From: Candidatus Zhuqueibacterota bacterium
GTDB taxonomy: Bacteria; Zhuqueibacterota; Zhuqueibacteria; Zhuqueibacterales; Zhuqueibacteraceae
DNA length: 64,000 nt
Assembly (NCBI GenBank): GCA_022616415.1
Contig: JAKEEU010000332.1
Span: forward strand, 1,367-65,366
Direction: 5' to 3'
Part shown: piece by piece, positions 17,175-26,026 of the stretch
Numbering within the stretch: the stretch's first letter is position 1
Layout: each line of letters starts with the position of its first letter
The notes under the pieces: generated by a model
Seen by the model: only the letters and a program-made list of their open reading frames with translations
Databases searched by the model: none
Told to the model about the DNA's origin: nothing
Made by a program: the position numbers and the translations under genes

Positions 17175-20100
17175 CTATCGCATGATGGCAAGCTTGCCCA
17201 TTTTCGTTCCGGCCGGCGAGTCGACGTGATACAAATACACGCCGTAAGCCACTTCGCTGCCGAATTCGGTTTTCAAATCCCACCTCTCAAAACTGGCGCC
17301 GTTCACATCAGCGTTGTGCGCAATTGTTTTCACCAGCTCACCGGCCAGTGAGAAGATTTTGATGGTGCATTGCAGCGGCAATCGCGTGAAATGAATCTCG
17401 TGACGATCTCGTACGGTGTCAAAGCCGGAGGTCACCACGAACGGATTGGGAACCACACGAATGAGATCGAGCTCGCTCTTCGCTTTCGCGTCGTCGATGT
17501 TCGAGGCAATCGTGCTGAACTGGTAACGATCATTAACCGTCAACGGCTTATTGGTGATGATCCTAAATTCGGTGCCGGCGGCGTAAGTTCCCTCGAAGCC
17601 GAGGCGATAAGAATAGGTATTGGCTTCGTACCCGCCGCTGCCGGTGTACGGCGTGTCGCCGATCACGATGCGCTCAGCCACGTCGTACGTGCCGTCATAA
17701 TCGCCTTCGTCAGCGCGCGTATCGAGAATCTCGACCGTGAGTGTATCGCCCGTAGTGAGATCGAGAACGAAGAACGGCGCTGTCACCGGCACGCCGGTGT
17801 CCCAATCGGTATACGTGTAACGAAAATTAGCCGAATCTTCCGGATTCTGCACGAACTTGAAGAGATAATCGTGATCGTTCGCCCCGTCAAATATTTCGGT
17901 GGAAACCAGTAGCAACGTGTCCCCGCCGGCAAAAACGGTTTGGCCCGAGCTATCCAAATTAACATCAAGCTCGGCGTCCGTCACCAGCAGCCGAAGGCCG
18001 TCAAACATTGGCGCATTATCCAATTGTGCATCGTAAAAAGGTTGCTCACTCAAAACCTTCGGCCTTGCCGAAGCGCCAATATCGGTGACGGTATAGGTTT
18101 TATCGTTGTCCGTGACGGTAAAACTGATTTCGTAGGTGGTGGATTTGATTTTGCGCGGATCGACCACTTCCAAGCCAAAGCCGTCGAGATCGGCCTGGCC
18201 CGCGGTGTGCGAAAAAATTTGGCGATTGGCGCCGGAATCAATGGCCGCGGCGCGGAAACCAGCCGGCGGCGCTTGCGGAATAACCGCGAGAGTCTGATCG
18301 TTGGCAAACGCATCGGCAACCGTCACCGGCCGATTCTCGTTCACCGGCACCCCGAGTGCGAGATCCTCGCGGTCGTAAGCCGTCACGGTATACCAATACT
18401 CATAACCGTTCACCAACGTGCTGGGGTCTTTCCACCAGTGTGCCAAGCCGGCGTTCTTGCCGGGTTCATTTCGGCGTTGATCGACCGTGAACACGTCGCC
18501 AGCCAGCGTTGCGCCTTCAATGCGCGTGAACATGCCGGTCACATAAATATGAGACCCGGCGCGATAAACACCGTGCGTCGCATCCGGATTATCCGCTGCC
18601 AGCACCCAGTCCCCATCCAGGACGGCAAACCCGACCGCGACGGACAAGTCATCCAAATAATTCAACAGAACGCCCTGAGTCGAGTTCAGAACCTGGAACG
18701 TGCTATCGGTATCGAAGATGATTTGAAAATTATCATTGGAAAAGAAAGTGGAATTGTCAACGCCTTCGGCGTCGCCGGGTTGCGAGCCGTCGGCCAACCC
18801 TTCGCTGACAATACTCGCTTCTGAGACTTGATTGGAGTGGGCCAAGACGATGGCCGCCAATTGCCCGGAGGCGTTGATGACATCGTATTCCGCAATCGGC
18901 AAAAAGCCATTGGGATATTGCACTAAATTATCGGTTGGCGTGCCCCACGAGCCTTCCCTGCCTTTGGCTTCACTGCGATAAATGCGATAGCCCTCGAAGT
19001 CAGCACGTTGGGTAAGGGCGTCTTGAGACGATTCGCTCGGCTCAGCGTCCCAATAGAGGGTGACCGACTTGTTGCCCGGCACCGCCGTCACCGCCGGTGG
19101 CAGCGGCGCGGTGGGGCCGATGAAATTATTGTCGAAGACCTGCTGCACGGCGTTGGCATTGCGGATGAGCGCCTCAAAATCCGGCGCCGCAATAAAGGCG
19201 ACTCCCATTTCGACAGATTGGCCGGCCGGCAAATCAAATTCCCCGGCGCTCATCAAGTACGCCACGTCCGTGTTGAAGCGCGGCTTCATGTACAAGCCGG
19301 GCTGCATGTAGGCATATTGCGCATGATCGCGGCTGGCGAATTGTACGCCATTTTCATCCGGACCGTCTTCCGTTAATTCAAACTCGCCTTGCGCCGGCAT
19401 GTCGCCGTATTCAAACGTCGTCCACGCCGTAAGTCCGAGCTCCTGGCCGTTAACTTCGGGACTGCGCAAAAATTTGGTGCCGAAATGGCCGATGGTGAGG
19501 CCCGGCCGCGACGCGTAAAAATTGTCGCTGTCGCGAGCATAAGCGAGATTCAGCTCGCGGATAAAACCGTCGTCGTCATCCTCAAACTCGGCGCCGACCA
19601 AAGCCGGCATGTCCGGATCGACCAGCACGCCGAACCGGCATCGGCGCAAATCCTGGTTGCCGATATTTTTGACGGTATAAAAGGCAAAGACAAAATCTTT
19701 GGTCAAACTCGAGTTGATCTCCATCAAACGCCCGACGACCTCGACGTTCAAAGGCTGCTGCGGACTCACTTCGGGATCATTGTTGTCGCGCATCACCCAA
19801 TAGGTTTCCTGGCGCCCGAATAGCCTCAGCTCATCGGGATTGATGAACGTTCCATCGAGACTCGGCCACAGGCCGTTCCATTGCGGCGCGTAGCTTTCAA
19901 GCAGATCGCTGCGCGCGACAATCGGCGACTCCAAAATATCCCAGACGAAAGCGGGGTTGTCAAAGCCAGGCTCAGGATTGAATTGGTTGTCCGAAATGTC
20001 ATTGTAAGATTCGCTGCAGATGGTATCGCCATCGGCGGTCACGCCGCCGAAGATGATGCCGACTTGCCAGACGAGATAATTAATCGATCCCGCCGGCCAT

Positions 20101-20360
20101 TCGATGCTGCGCGTGTAATTACGGTCGCCGATGAAGCCGTTATTGTCGTAATTAACCGCCATGCGGCCATTATCCATCACGCCGATCTTGCGGTCTTCAA
20201 ACGCGCTCGGCTTGGTGAGCACATCATTTTGGCGTAAGCGCCGAATCTTTTCAGCCTTGCCTTCGCGTTTGCCGTCAGCCTGGCCGCTGGCGGCGCTTAA
20301 AAGAACCGCGACGATGAACGCCGGAACCGCCAGAAAGGCACTGAATTTTTTGATGCTCAT
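17175..20360 (-). CDS. Large secreted protein (1061 aa) with a T9SS-type C-terminal sorting domain
   Basis: Signal peptide MSIKKFSAFLAVPAFIVAVLLSAASGQA. The C-terminal ~80 aa (VVPNPFVV...CTIKIFSLAGELVKTI...YGVYLYHVDSPAGTKMGKLAIMR) match the Por secretion tail / FlgD-Ig-like CTD pattern. Confidence 0.8.
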   Translation of the reverse strand: MSIKKFSAFLAVPAFIVAVLLSAASGQADGKREGKAEKIRRLRQNDVLTKPSAFEDRKIGVMDNGRMAVNYDNNGFIGDRNYTRSIEWPAGSINYLVWQVGIIFGGVTADGDTICSESYNDISDNQFNPEPGFDNPAFVWDILESPIVARSDLLESYAPQWNGLWPSLDGTFINPDELRLFGRQETYWVMRDNNDPEVSPQQPLNVEVVGRLMEINSSLTKDFVFAFYTVKNIGNQDLRRCRFGVLVDPDMPALVGAEFEDDDDGFIRELNLAYARDSDNFYASRPGLTIGHFGTKFLRSPEVNGQELGLTAWTTFEYGDMPAQGEFELTEDGPDENGVQFASRDHAQYAYMQPGLYMKPRFNTDVAYLMSAGEFDLPAGQSVEMGVAFIAAPDFEALIRNANAVQQVFDNNFIGPTAPLPPAVTAVPGNKSVTLYWDAEPSESSQDALTQRADFEGYRIYRSEAKGREGSWGTPTDNLVQYPNGFLPIAEYDVINASGQLAAIVLAHSNQVSEASIVSEGLADGSQPGDAEGVDNSTFFSNDNFQIIFDTDSTFQVLNSTQGVLLNYLDDLSVAVGFAVLDGDWVLAADNPDATHGVYRAGSHIYVTGMFTRIEGATLAGDVFTVDQRRNEPGKNAGLAHWWKDPSTLVNGYEYWYTVTAYDREDLALGVPVNENRPVTVADAFANDQTLAVIPQAPPAGFRAAAIDSGANRQIFSHTAGQADLDGFGLEVVDPRKIKSTTYEISFTVTDNDKTYTVTDIGASARPKVLSEQPFYDAQLDNAPMFDGLRLLVTDAELDVNLDSSGQTVFAGGDTLLLVSTEIFDGANDHDYLFKFVQNPEDSANFRYTYTDWDTGVPVTAPFFVLDLTTGDTLTVEILDTRADEGDYDGTYDVAERIVIGDTPYTGSGGYEANTYSYRLGFEGTYAAGTEFRIITNKPLTVNDRYQFSTIASNIDDAKAKSELDLIRVVPNPFVVTSGFDTVRDRHEIHFTRLPLQCTIKIFSLAGELVKTIAHNADVNGASFERWDLKTEFGSEVAYGVYLYHVDSPAGTKMGKLAIMR

Positions 20361-20469
20361 CGCTCTCCTCCTGTTTATAAGCGTTGGCTTGTTTGCCGGT
20401 CAGCCCGTTCGCCCCGACTTTCCTTATAAAAAATTCAAAAGAAGTCGGGGCTGACCAGCAAACGTCGTA

Positions 20470-23106
20470 TCAATAATTCAACTCAAAACCCAACCGGATA
20501 TTGCGCTGCGGCCCGATGTTGTAAGGATCCCGTTCACCTTGCGGCGTAAAACCGGGATCGCTCGAGTCATTGGGCAAACCGGTATCGGTGTAGACATCGA
20601 GAATATTGCGGCGATTGGTAAGATTGGTGATCTCCGTGAAAACCCCGAGCTTCATGCCGCCAATATTGAACAACTTATCCACGCGCAAATCAAGCTGCCA
20701 CGTCGAAGGCGCGCGCGCCGTATTTTCGTCGGCAATGCGCTGGCCGCGGCTATCGGTCGGCGTGTAAGGCAGGCCGCTCTCAAACCGTCCGGTCAAATTG
20801 ACGCCAAAATTCGACAACAAACGTTTGCCCGAAATGAGCGGGCCTTCGTTGCCGGCGTAGCGGAAATCAATATTGAAATTGAACACGTGCGGTCGATCCC
20901 AATCCAAAATGATCAGCTCTTTGACCGGCACGCGCGGCGGCCGCGCCAGCAAATCGTTGCGCGTGTCCAACGGGTTGGAGCTGTTGCCTTCGGCGCGGGA
21001 AAGCGTGTAGCTGAAGTAAGAAGCAATGTGATTGGTGCGGCGCGTGCGCAAGTTGATCTCCACGCCGCGAGAATTGGCGAAATCCTGATTGATGTAATAC
21101 GTCACCGCCGCCGGCCTGGCGTTGGGAAACGGATCGGTCGAAACCAGGTTTTCGTAGTCCTTATAATAGCCCGTCACCGTCATCGCCAGAAAATCCGTGA
21201 TCTGTTGATCCCAGCCGACCTCGAAGGCAATGGTGCGCTGCGGCTTCAGTCCGGCAAAGCCAAGCGTCGGACGGAAAATATCGATCCAGCGCCGGCGGTT
21301 GAACGCAATTTTGTTATATTCCGGCACCTGGAAGAAATGGCCGTAAGAGAAGTGCAAATTGGCCCTCTCCGAAATCGGATGCGCCAAACCGATGCGCGGG
21401 CTTAAACGCAAAACCGCATCCGCCAGCTCGCGCCTGCCGAGGGGCTGGTTCGGATCGACCGCCACACTGTCGCGCGGATCGAAGTAATCGAGCCGCACGC
21501 CGAGGTTGATGACCAAATCCTTGAACTCCATCTTGTCCTGAATATAGCCCGCGGCCTCGACGGGGTAGATGGTGTATTCGTCGATGCGCGAATTGATAAT
21601 GTCGCCGCCGGTCAGCAGTTGTCGGCGCCAGATACGATGTTTGGCAAAATCAAGGCCGCCTTTTATATTGTGGTGAATATCCGCCTGCCAGGTGAAATCA
21701 AGCTTGGCCTGATAGACGCGATCTTCCTGCTTCAAATAACGCGGATCATCGCCCGAGAGCACGAAATCTTCGCCGGCATTGAACGTCAGAAAAAGATACT
21801 CGGAGGGATCGTTGCGAACGCGGTCGAAAAAGCGGCGCGAGAAATATTGCGCTTTGAGCTCGTAAAAAGCTTTGCTGCTCAACGTGTGTGTCCACGCCAC
21901 GAGGCCCTGCACGTTGCGCGTGCTCAAGCGATCATTGCCGGCAAAATTATTGTCCAACGAATCCCCGAAGACGCGCTGCGAATAAATTCCCTGATGCGCA
22001 AACGGGTGTTCGTAAATTTCGAGGTCTTCGCTGTTGAGATTCGTGCTGAGCGCGAGCTTTTGCCGCGCGCTCGGTGAAATCGTCAGCTTCGCCGTGCCGC
22101 GGCGGGCAAATTCGTCCTGCAGCACGCCGATATAATTGTTGGTTTGAAAATACTCGCCGGAAACGAAGTATTTCAGTTTGTTTGAAATCGGCAAAGGCCC
22201 GCCGAGGCTGAATTGGCCTTGATAAGTTCCCCAATTGGATCGATCCAGCCGGCCCTTGGTCTCAATAAGATTGTCGCGTTCCATGAATGTGTAATCTTTC
22301 GTCGACGCGCCGAAGACCGCATCGGTGAGACCGCGCACGCGGAACGAAGTCTTGCTGCCGCCTTCTTGCGTGATCAAATTGAGCACGCCGCTCAAAGCAT
22401 TGCCATATTCCGCATTGAAATTGCCGCTGATGAGCTGCAGCTCTTCGATCGCCGAATTGGTGATCTCCGTGCCGATGCCGCCGGTGATGGCGTCGCGCAC
22501 GTACATGCCGTCGACAAACACGGCCAGCTCGTTGCCGCGGCCGCCGCGCACGAAGAACTCGCCCTCGCCGCTTTCATTGTCGCCGCCAAAGCTGGCGTCG
22601 CGAATTTGCGCCGTGGTCACGCCGGAGTTCAGCGTCAGCACGTCTTTGAAATCATCCGCCACCATGTTTTCCACCACTTCAGCCTCGGTGACTTGCATGG
22701 TGGTGACGCCGTCCTTTTGAATCAGCGGCCGCTCCGCGACGATTTCAATCTTATCTCCAAGCTCCAAAGTTCTGGAAGAAAGCGCGAAATTAACCGTGGT
22801 GGTCAGATCAATGTTGACTTTCACGTTGGAGATTTGCACGGATTGGTAGCCGATGAGCGAAGCGGTGACATTGTAAGTTCCCGGCGCGATGAGCAGAATA
22901 TAATATCTTCCGTTCAAATCGGTCACGCCGCCGATTGTCGTTCCTTCCAAGACGACATTCACCCCGGGCAGCGGCTCGCCCGTCTCCTTGTCTTTCACTT
23001 CACCGGCCAGCTTGCCGGTGGTGCCGGCGCTCACGACGCCATGCCATGTCACAGCCAATGCCGCGAGAGCCAACATCGGAATCACTCGCATAACGAATCG
23101 TTTCAT
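20470..23106 (-). CDS. TonB-dependent receptor with an N-terminal carboxypeptidase-regulatory-like domain
   Basis: Signal peptide, then GKLAGEVKDKETGEPLPGVNVVLEGTTIGGVTDLNGRYYILLIAPGTYNVTASLIGYQ (CarboxypepD_reg), a plug region, a long barrel and a terminal ...NIRLGFELNY. Confidence 0.85.
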   Translation of the reverse strand: MKRFVMRVIPMLALAALAVTWHGVVSAGTTGKLAGEVKDKETGEPLPGVNVVLEGTTIGGVTDLNGRYYILLIAPGTYNVTASLIGYQSVQISNVKVNIDLTTTVNFALSSRTLELGDKIEIVAERPLIQKDGVTTMQVTEAEVVENMVADDFKDVLTLNSGVTTAQIRDASFGGDNESGEGEFFVRGGRGNELAVFVDGMYVRDAITGGIGTEITNSAIEELQLISGNFNAEYGNALSGVLNLITQEGGSKTSFRVRGLTDAVFGASTKDYTFMERDNLIETKGRLDRSNWGTYQGQFSLGGPLPISNKLKYFVSGEYFQTNNYIGVLQDEFARRGTAKLTISPSARQKLALSTNLNSEDLEIYEHPFAHQGIYSQRVFGDSLDNNFAGNDRLSTRNVQGLVAWTHTLSSKAFYELKAQYFSRRFFDRVRNDPSEYLFLTFNAGEDFVLSGDDPRYLKQEDRVYQAKLDFTWQADIHHNIKGGLDFAKHRIWRRQLLTGGDIINSRIDEYTIYPVEAAGYIQDKMEFKDLVINLGVRLDYFDPRDSVAVDPNQPLGRRELADAVLRLSPRIGLAHPISERANLHFSYGHFFQVPEYNKIAFNRRRWIDIFRPTLGFAGLKPQRTIAFEVGWDQQITDFLAMTVTGYYKDYENLVSTDPFPNARPAAVTYYINQDFANSRGVEINLRTRRTNHIASYFSYTLSRAEGNSSNPLDTRNDLLARPPRVPVKELIILDWDRPHVFNFNIDFRYAGNEGPLISGKRLLSNFGVNLTGRFESGLPYTPTDSRGQRIADENTARAPSTWQLDLRVDKLFNIGGMKLGVFTEITNLTNRRNILDVYTDTGLPNDSSDPGFTPQGERDPYNIGPQRNIRLGFELNY

Positions 23107-23208
23107 AAAACCCTCCGCTTTGAAAGGTGAAAAATAGAAACCACAATTCTAAAGTTTTTTTTCGTTGCGGTTCCCTTTTCGTTGCAAAAGTTCATATGCC
23201 TGTTTCGT

Positions 23209-23511
23209 TTAGGCGCGTCCACGGATTTTCGCTGCCCACCAGCGCAGTCCGACGAACAGAAAGCGCCAGTCCCGCAAGAACTCCGGCGGCTTGCCTTCGA
23301 ACCAGTGGCCAACAAACTGAAAAATCCACCCCACGACAAACAGCAGCAGCGCCACCTGCCACAGGTTGCGCACAAAAGGCGACGCGATGAAAAGCAGAAT
23401 CGAAACGGCAATGAGTGGAATACCGATGGTATGGCAAATTCGATTGACCGGATTCTGATGACTCTGTGCATACTGGCGAATCCACTCTTCCCAGCTTTTT
23501 CCGGCGAACAT
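23209..23511 (-). CDS. DUF962 (Mpo1-like) membrane protein
   Basis: QNPVNRICHTIGIPLIAVSILL...FVVGWIFQFVGHWFEGKPPEF. Start at the ATG at 23511, preceded by GGGAGAA. Confidence 0.65.
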   Translation of the reverse strand: MFAGKSWEEWIRQYAQSHQNPVNRICHTIGIPLIAVSILLFIASPFVRNLWQVALLLFVVGWIFQFVGHWFEGKPPEFLRDWRFLFVGLRWWAAKIRGRA

Positions 23512-23565
23512 GGTGTTTTCTCCCTGAAAGGGTTTTGACTGCATTACGCCATCACGTATTACGTT

Positions 23566-24120
23566 TTACGAATTACCCCCAACCTCCTTCCACCGCTTGT
23601 CCCACTCCCACAGCTTGAGCTGATGCTCAGGCGTGATCGGCGCGCCCAGCTCGCGAGCCCAATGGCAAATTTGGCCACGATGATGAGCCTCGTGGGTGAT
23701 CGCGGCACAGACAAGAGCGACGACGTCGGGGCGGTGGTTATAAACATGGCCGCCGGTTGCGAGCGAGCGCTCAATGAGTCGCACCATCGCCTTTGCGCTG
23801 TGAGCAAGCGCTTCTCTTACCTCCTCAATTGTCACCTCCGCGCGATCGAGCTTGGGCGGCGGTGTCTTGTCCTTGTCAGACATCACCAGCCGCATGCGGC
23901 GCACGTTGTGGATGTGCGCGAACGTCGTCGCGATATTACGCCGCTTCGAGCACGGCGGATACTCGCGCCAAATCTTCGGATCGAGGAGATCGAGCAACAC
24001 TTGATTGATGCGCTCGTTCGTCATGAACGCCTCGACCAGCGCGCGGCCGAGATCGACCGGCTCCTTGCGGTTGCGTAAAGATGCAGCATGAGAAGTCGTC
24101 GCAGACGATTTATTCTTCAT
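23566..24120 (-). CDS. DinB-family (DinB_2) metal-dependent protein
   Basis: Four-helix DinB pattern with His motifs (FAHIHNVR ... ITHEAHHRGQI). Confidence 0.7.
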   Translation of the reverse strand: MKNKSSATTSHAASLRNRKEPVDLGRALVEAFMTNERINQVLLDLLDPKIWREYPPCSKRRNIATTFAHIHNVRRMRLVMSDKDKTPPPKLDRAEVTIEEVREALAHSAKAMVRLIERSLATGGHVYNHRPDVVALVCAAITHEAHHRGQICHWARELGAPITPEHQLKLWEWDKRWKEVGGNS

Positions 24121-24248
24121 TTTCTACCTGTGTGAGCAGACTGAAAGTCTGCGCTACGAGATAACGTCGCGAAAACAGAGGTGAAAGTTGCAAGATGCTC
24201 TTACGCCTTACGCATACGTTTTAACGCTTTACGCTTCACGTTTTACGG

Positions 24249-25013
24249 TTAAATATAAATATGCTTAGGATCAAGCTCTTCGCGAATCAGGCGCAGCTCG
24301 TCAAAGGTGGGAGGATCAGTGATTCGCAGGTCGTCAGCAAAACGAACGTTCCAACCGATATTCTCCTGCACGGCGCTCTTTTCGGCGCCGGGATGAAGAT
24401 CGGTTAAAACCATCTCTCGCGTGGCTGAGTCAAAATGAAAAACCCCGAGATCCGTGATGACGACGGTCGGCCCTTGCCCGGTGATGCCCATGTCTTCGCG
24501 GGCCGTGCCGCCGGTGAGAAAACCGGGGCTGGTAACAAAGTCAACACGTTCGGGGAAATTGCGTTTCTTGAGAGGAGTAATAATGAGGACTTTTTCGGCA
24601 AGAATAGCGATTTCGCAAGCGCCACCGCTGCCAGGAAGACGAACTTTCGGTTGATGGTAATCGCTGCCGATCACCGTGGTGTTGATGTTGCCGTAACGGT
24701 CGATCTGCGCGCCGCCAAGAAAGCCGACTGTGATACGGCCGCCTTGCAGATAATTAAGAAAGACTTCGGGCAGCGAACAAACCGAAAGTGCACCGGCAAC
24801 GAGCGCCGGATCGCCAATGGAAACCGGCAAGCGCTCCGGCATCGCGCCGACCGCGCCAGACTCATAAATGAGCACGAGATTTGGCGCATGCGTCAACCGC
24901 GCCAGATTGCAAGCCAAGTTGGGTAAACCAATGCCCACAAAGACGACGTCACCGTCTTCAAGCTCGCGGCTGGCGCGGACAACCATCAACTCGCTGGCAG
25001 TGTATGCGGTCAT
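24249..25013 (-). CDS. CoA-transferase subunit B (glutaconate/3-oxoacid CoA-transferase beta family)
   Basis: YTASELMVVRASRELEDGDVVFVGIGLPNLACNLA...LIYESGAVG...GGAQIDRYGNIN. No subunit A gene is adjacent. Start at the ATG at 25013. Confidence 0.75.
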   Translation of the reverse strand: MTAYTASELMVVRASRELEDGDVVFVGIGLPNLACNLARLTHAPNLVLIYESGAVGAMPERLPVSIGDPALVAGALSVCSLPEVFLNYLQGGRITVGFLGGAQIDRYGNINTTVIGSDYHQPKVRLPGSGGACEIAILAEKVLIITPLKKRNFPERVDFVTSPGFLTGGTAREDMGITGQGPTVVITDLGVFHFDSATREMVLTDLHPGAEKSAVQENIGWNVRFADDLRITDPPTFDELRLIREELDPKHIYI

Positions 25014-25138
25014 AAGTGAACTTATTATGTCGATTATTTTTGGAAAAAGCAAGGAAAATTTTTAAACACGGACGAAATTGACGGGCGCGGACGGGATGGC
25101 GCGGAGGTTATGGACAGGGATAAAGGCGCATTACGTGC

Positions 25139-25167
25139 TTGACTATTTTGGGTTTTTCGGCTATATT
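25139..25167 (+). promoter_or_regulatory. Sigma70-type promoter, copy 1 of a repeated promoter module
   Basis: TTGACT (25139-25144), a 17-nt spacer, then TATATT (25162-25167), ~70 nt upstream of the HEPN start. Near-identical modules occur at 29439-29467 and 58224-58252 (minus strand). Confidence 0.55.
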
Positions 25168-25236
25168 GCAAGGGATGTAGCACAGTCTGCCAGACTGTAT
25201 TTTGAAAAAAACACTTCACTCGGAGGGAGGAAAACA

Positions 25237-25623
25237 ATGGCTCATTTAAATCCAAAGGAGATTTTGGCACGAGCAAAGGAGTTTCTGCAAGGCACTGAAT
25301 ACGCTGTGCAAAATCAGTATTTCAACGTCTGCGCCATCTGTTCGTATGCCACGTTATTTTGGGCTGCACGAGCTGCGTTGGCGTACGAAGGTTTTGATCG
25401 CCCGACTTGGGAACACCACGAATTGCGGTCAAAATTTACAGAAGAACTCATCAAAATTCGGACGCGCTACCCAAAAAATTTTGGCACGTGGCTTGTCGAT
25501 GCTTTCGCGCTGCGAAATGCAGCGCAATATCAATTACGCCGTCCCAAAACAAAAGAAGTTCGCCGGATGGTTTATCATGCAAAAGAGTTTATAAAGAAAA
25601 TTGAGGAGGTATTGAACAAATGA
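25237..25623 (+). CDS. HEPN-domain protein (toxin-like), copy 1
   Basis: A 128-aa all-helical protein with the Rx4H motif (VRRMVYHAKE) near the C-terminus. The RBS GGAGGGAGG lies 7 nt upstream of the ATG at 25237. The stop overlaps the next start (ATGA). Confidence 0.75.
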   Translation: MAHLNPKEILARAKEFLQGTEYAVQNQYFNVCAICSYATLFWAARAALAYEGFDRPTWEHHELRSKFTEELIKIRTRYPKNFGTWLVDAFALRNAAQYQLRRPKTKEVRRMVYHAKEFIKKIEEVLNK

Positions 25624-25913
25624 AAGCGAAAAAAAACGTCTCAAGAAGGCAATTGCAAAAACACCTCGATGAACTAATTGCAATCGCCAAAAACTTAACA
25701 CCTGATGTTGAAACCGCCGTTCAAATCCCTGGAGTGGAGGGCCAACATGCCTGGCTGGAGATTTATGTTCCGGACGAGCTTGAGGAACAAATTAGTGACC
25801 TTGTCAGTGAGCGTGTTCTCGACATTTTCATGGAAACCGGTTGCGACATCGGCGCCATCGTTTATGAGAAATCACAATTGCAAGACGAGACAGCAGAAAC
25901 CAGTGCGGTATAG
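25620..25913 (+). CDS. HEPN-associated small partner protein (antitoxin-like, no recognisable nucleotidyltransferase motif), copy 1
   Basis: 97 aa, translationally coupled to the HEPN gene. A paralog lies at 57504..57812. I could not find the GSx(n)DxD MNT motif. Confidence 0.6.
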   Translation: MKAKKNVSRRQLQKHLDELIAIAKNLTPDVETAVQIPGVEGQHAWLEIYVPDELEEQISDLVSERVLDIFMETGCDIGAIVYEKSQLQDETAETSAV

Positions 25914-25950
25914 CCAAGTCTACCGAGCAGAAATTACTTCCAAGTTCTGA

Positions 25951-25995
25951 AAGTCCCCTTCTCTTTTTTAAGAAAAGGGGACTTAAGTTTTTTAT
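25951..25995 (+). terminator. Rho-independent terminator
   Basis: 10-bp perfect stem AAGTCCCCTT (25951-25960) / AAGGGGACTT (25975-25984), followed by AAGTTTTTTAT. Confidence 0.65.
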
Positions 25996-26026
25996 ACCAC
26001 AGTGAAATTGTTGACGACGAAGCCCT

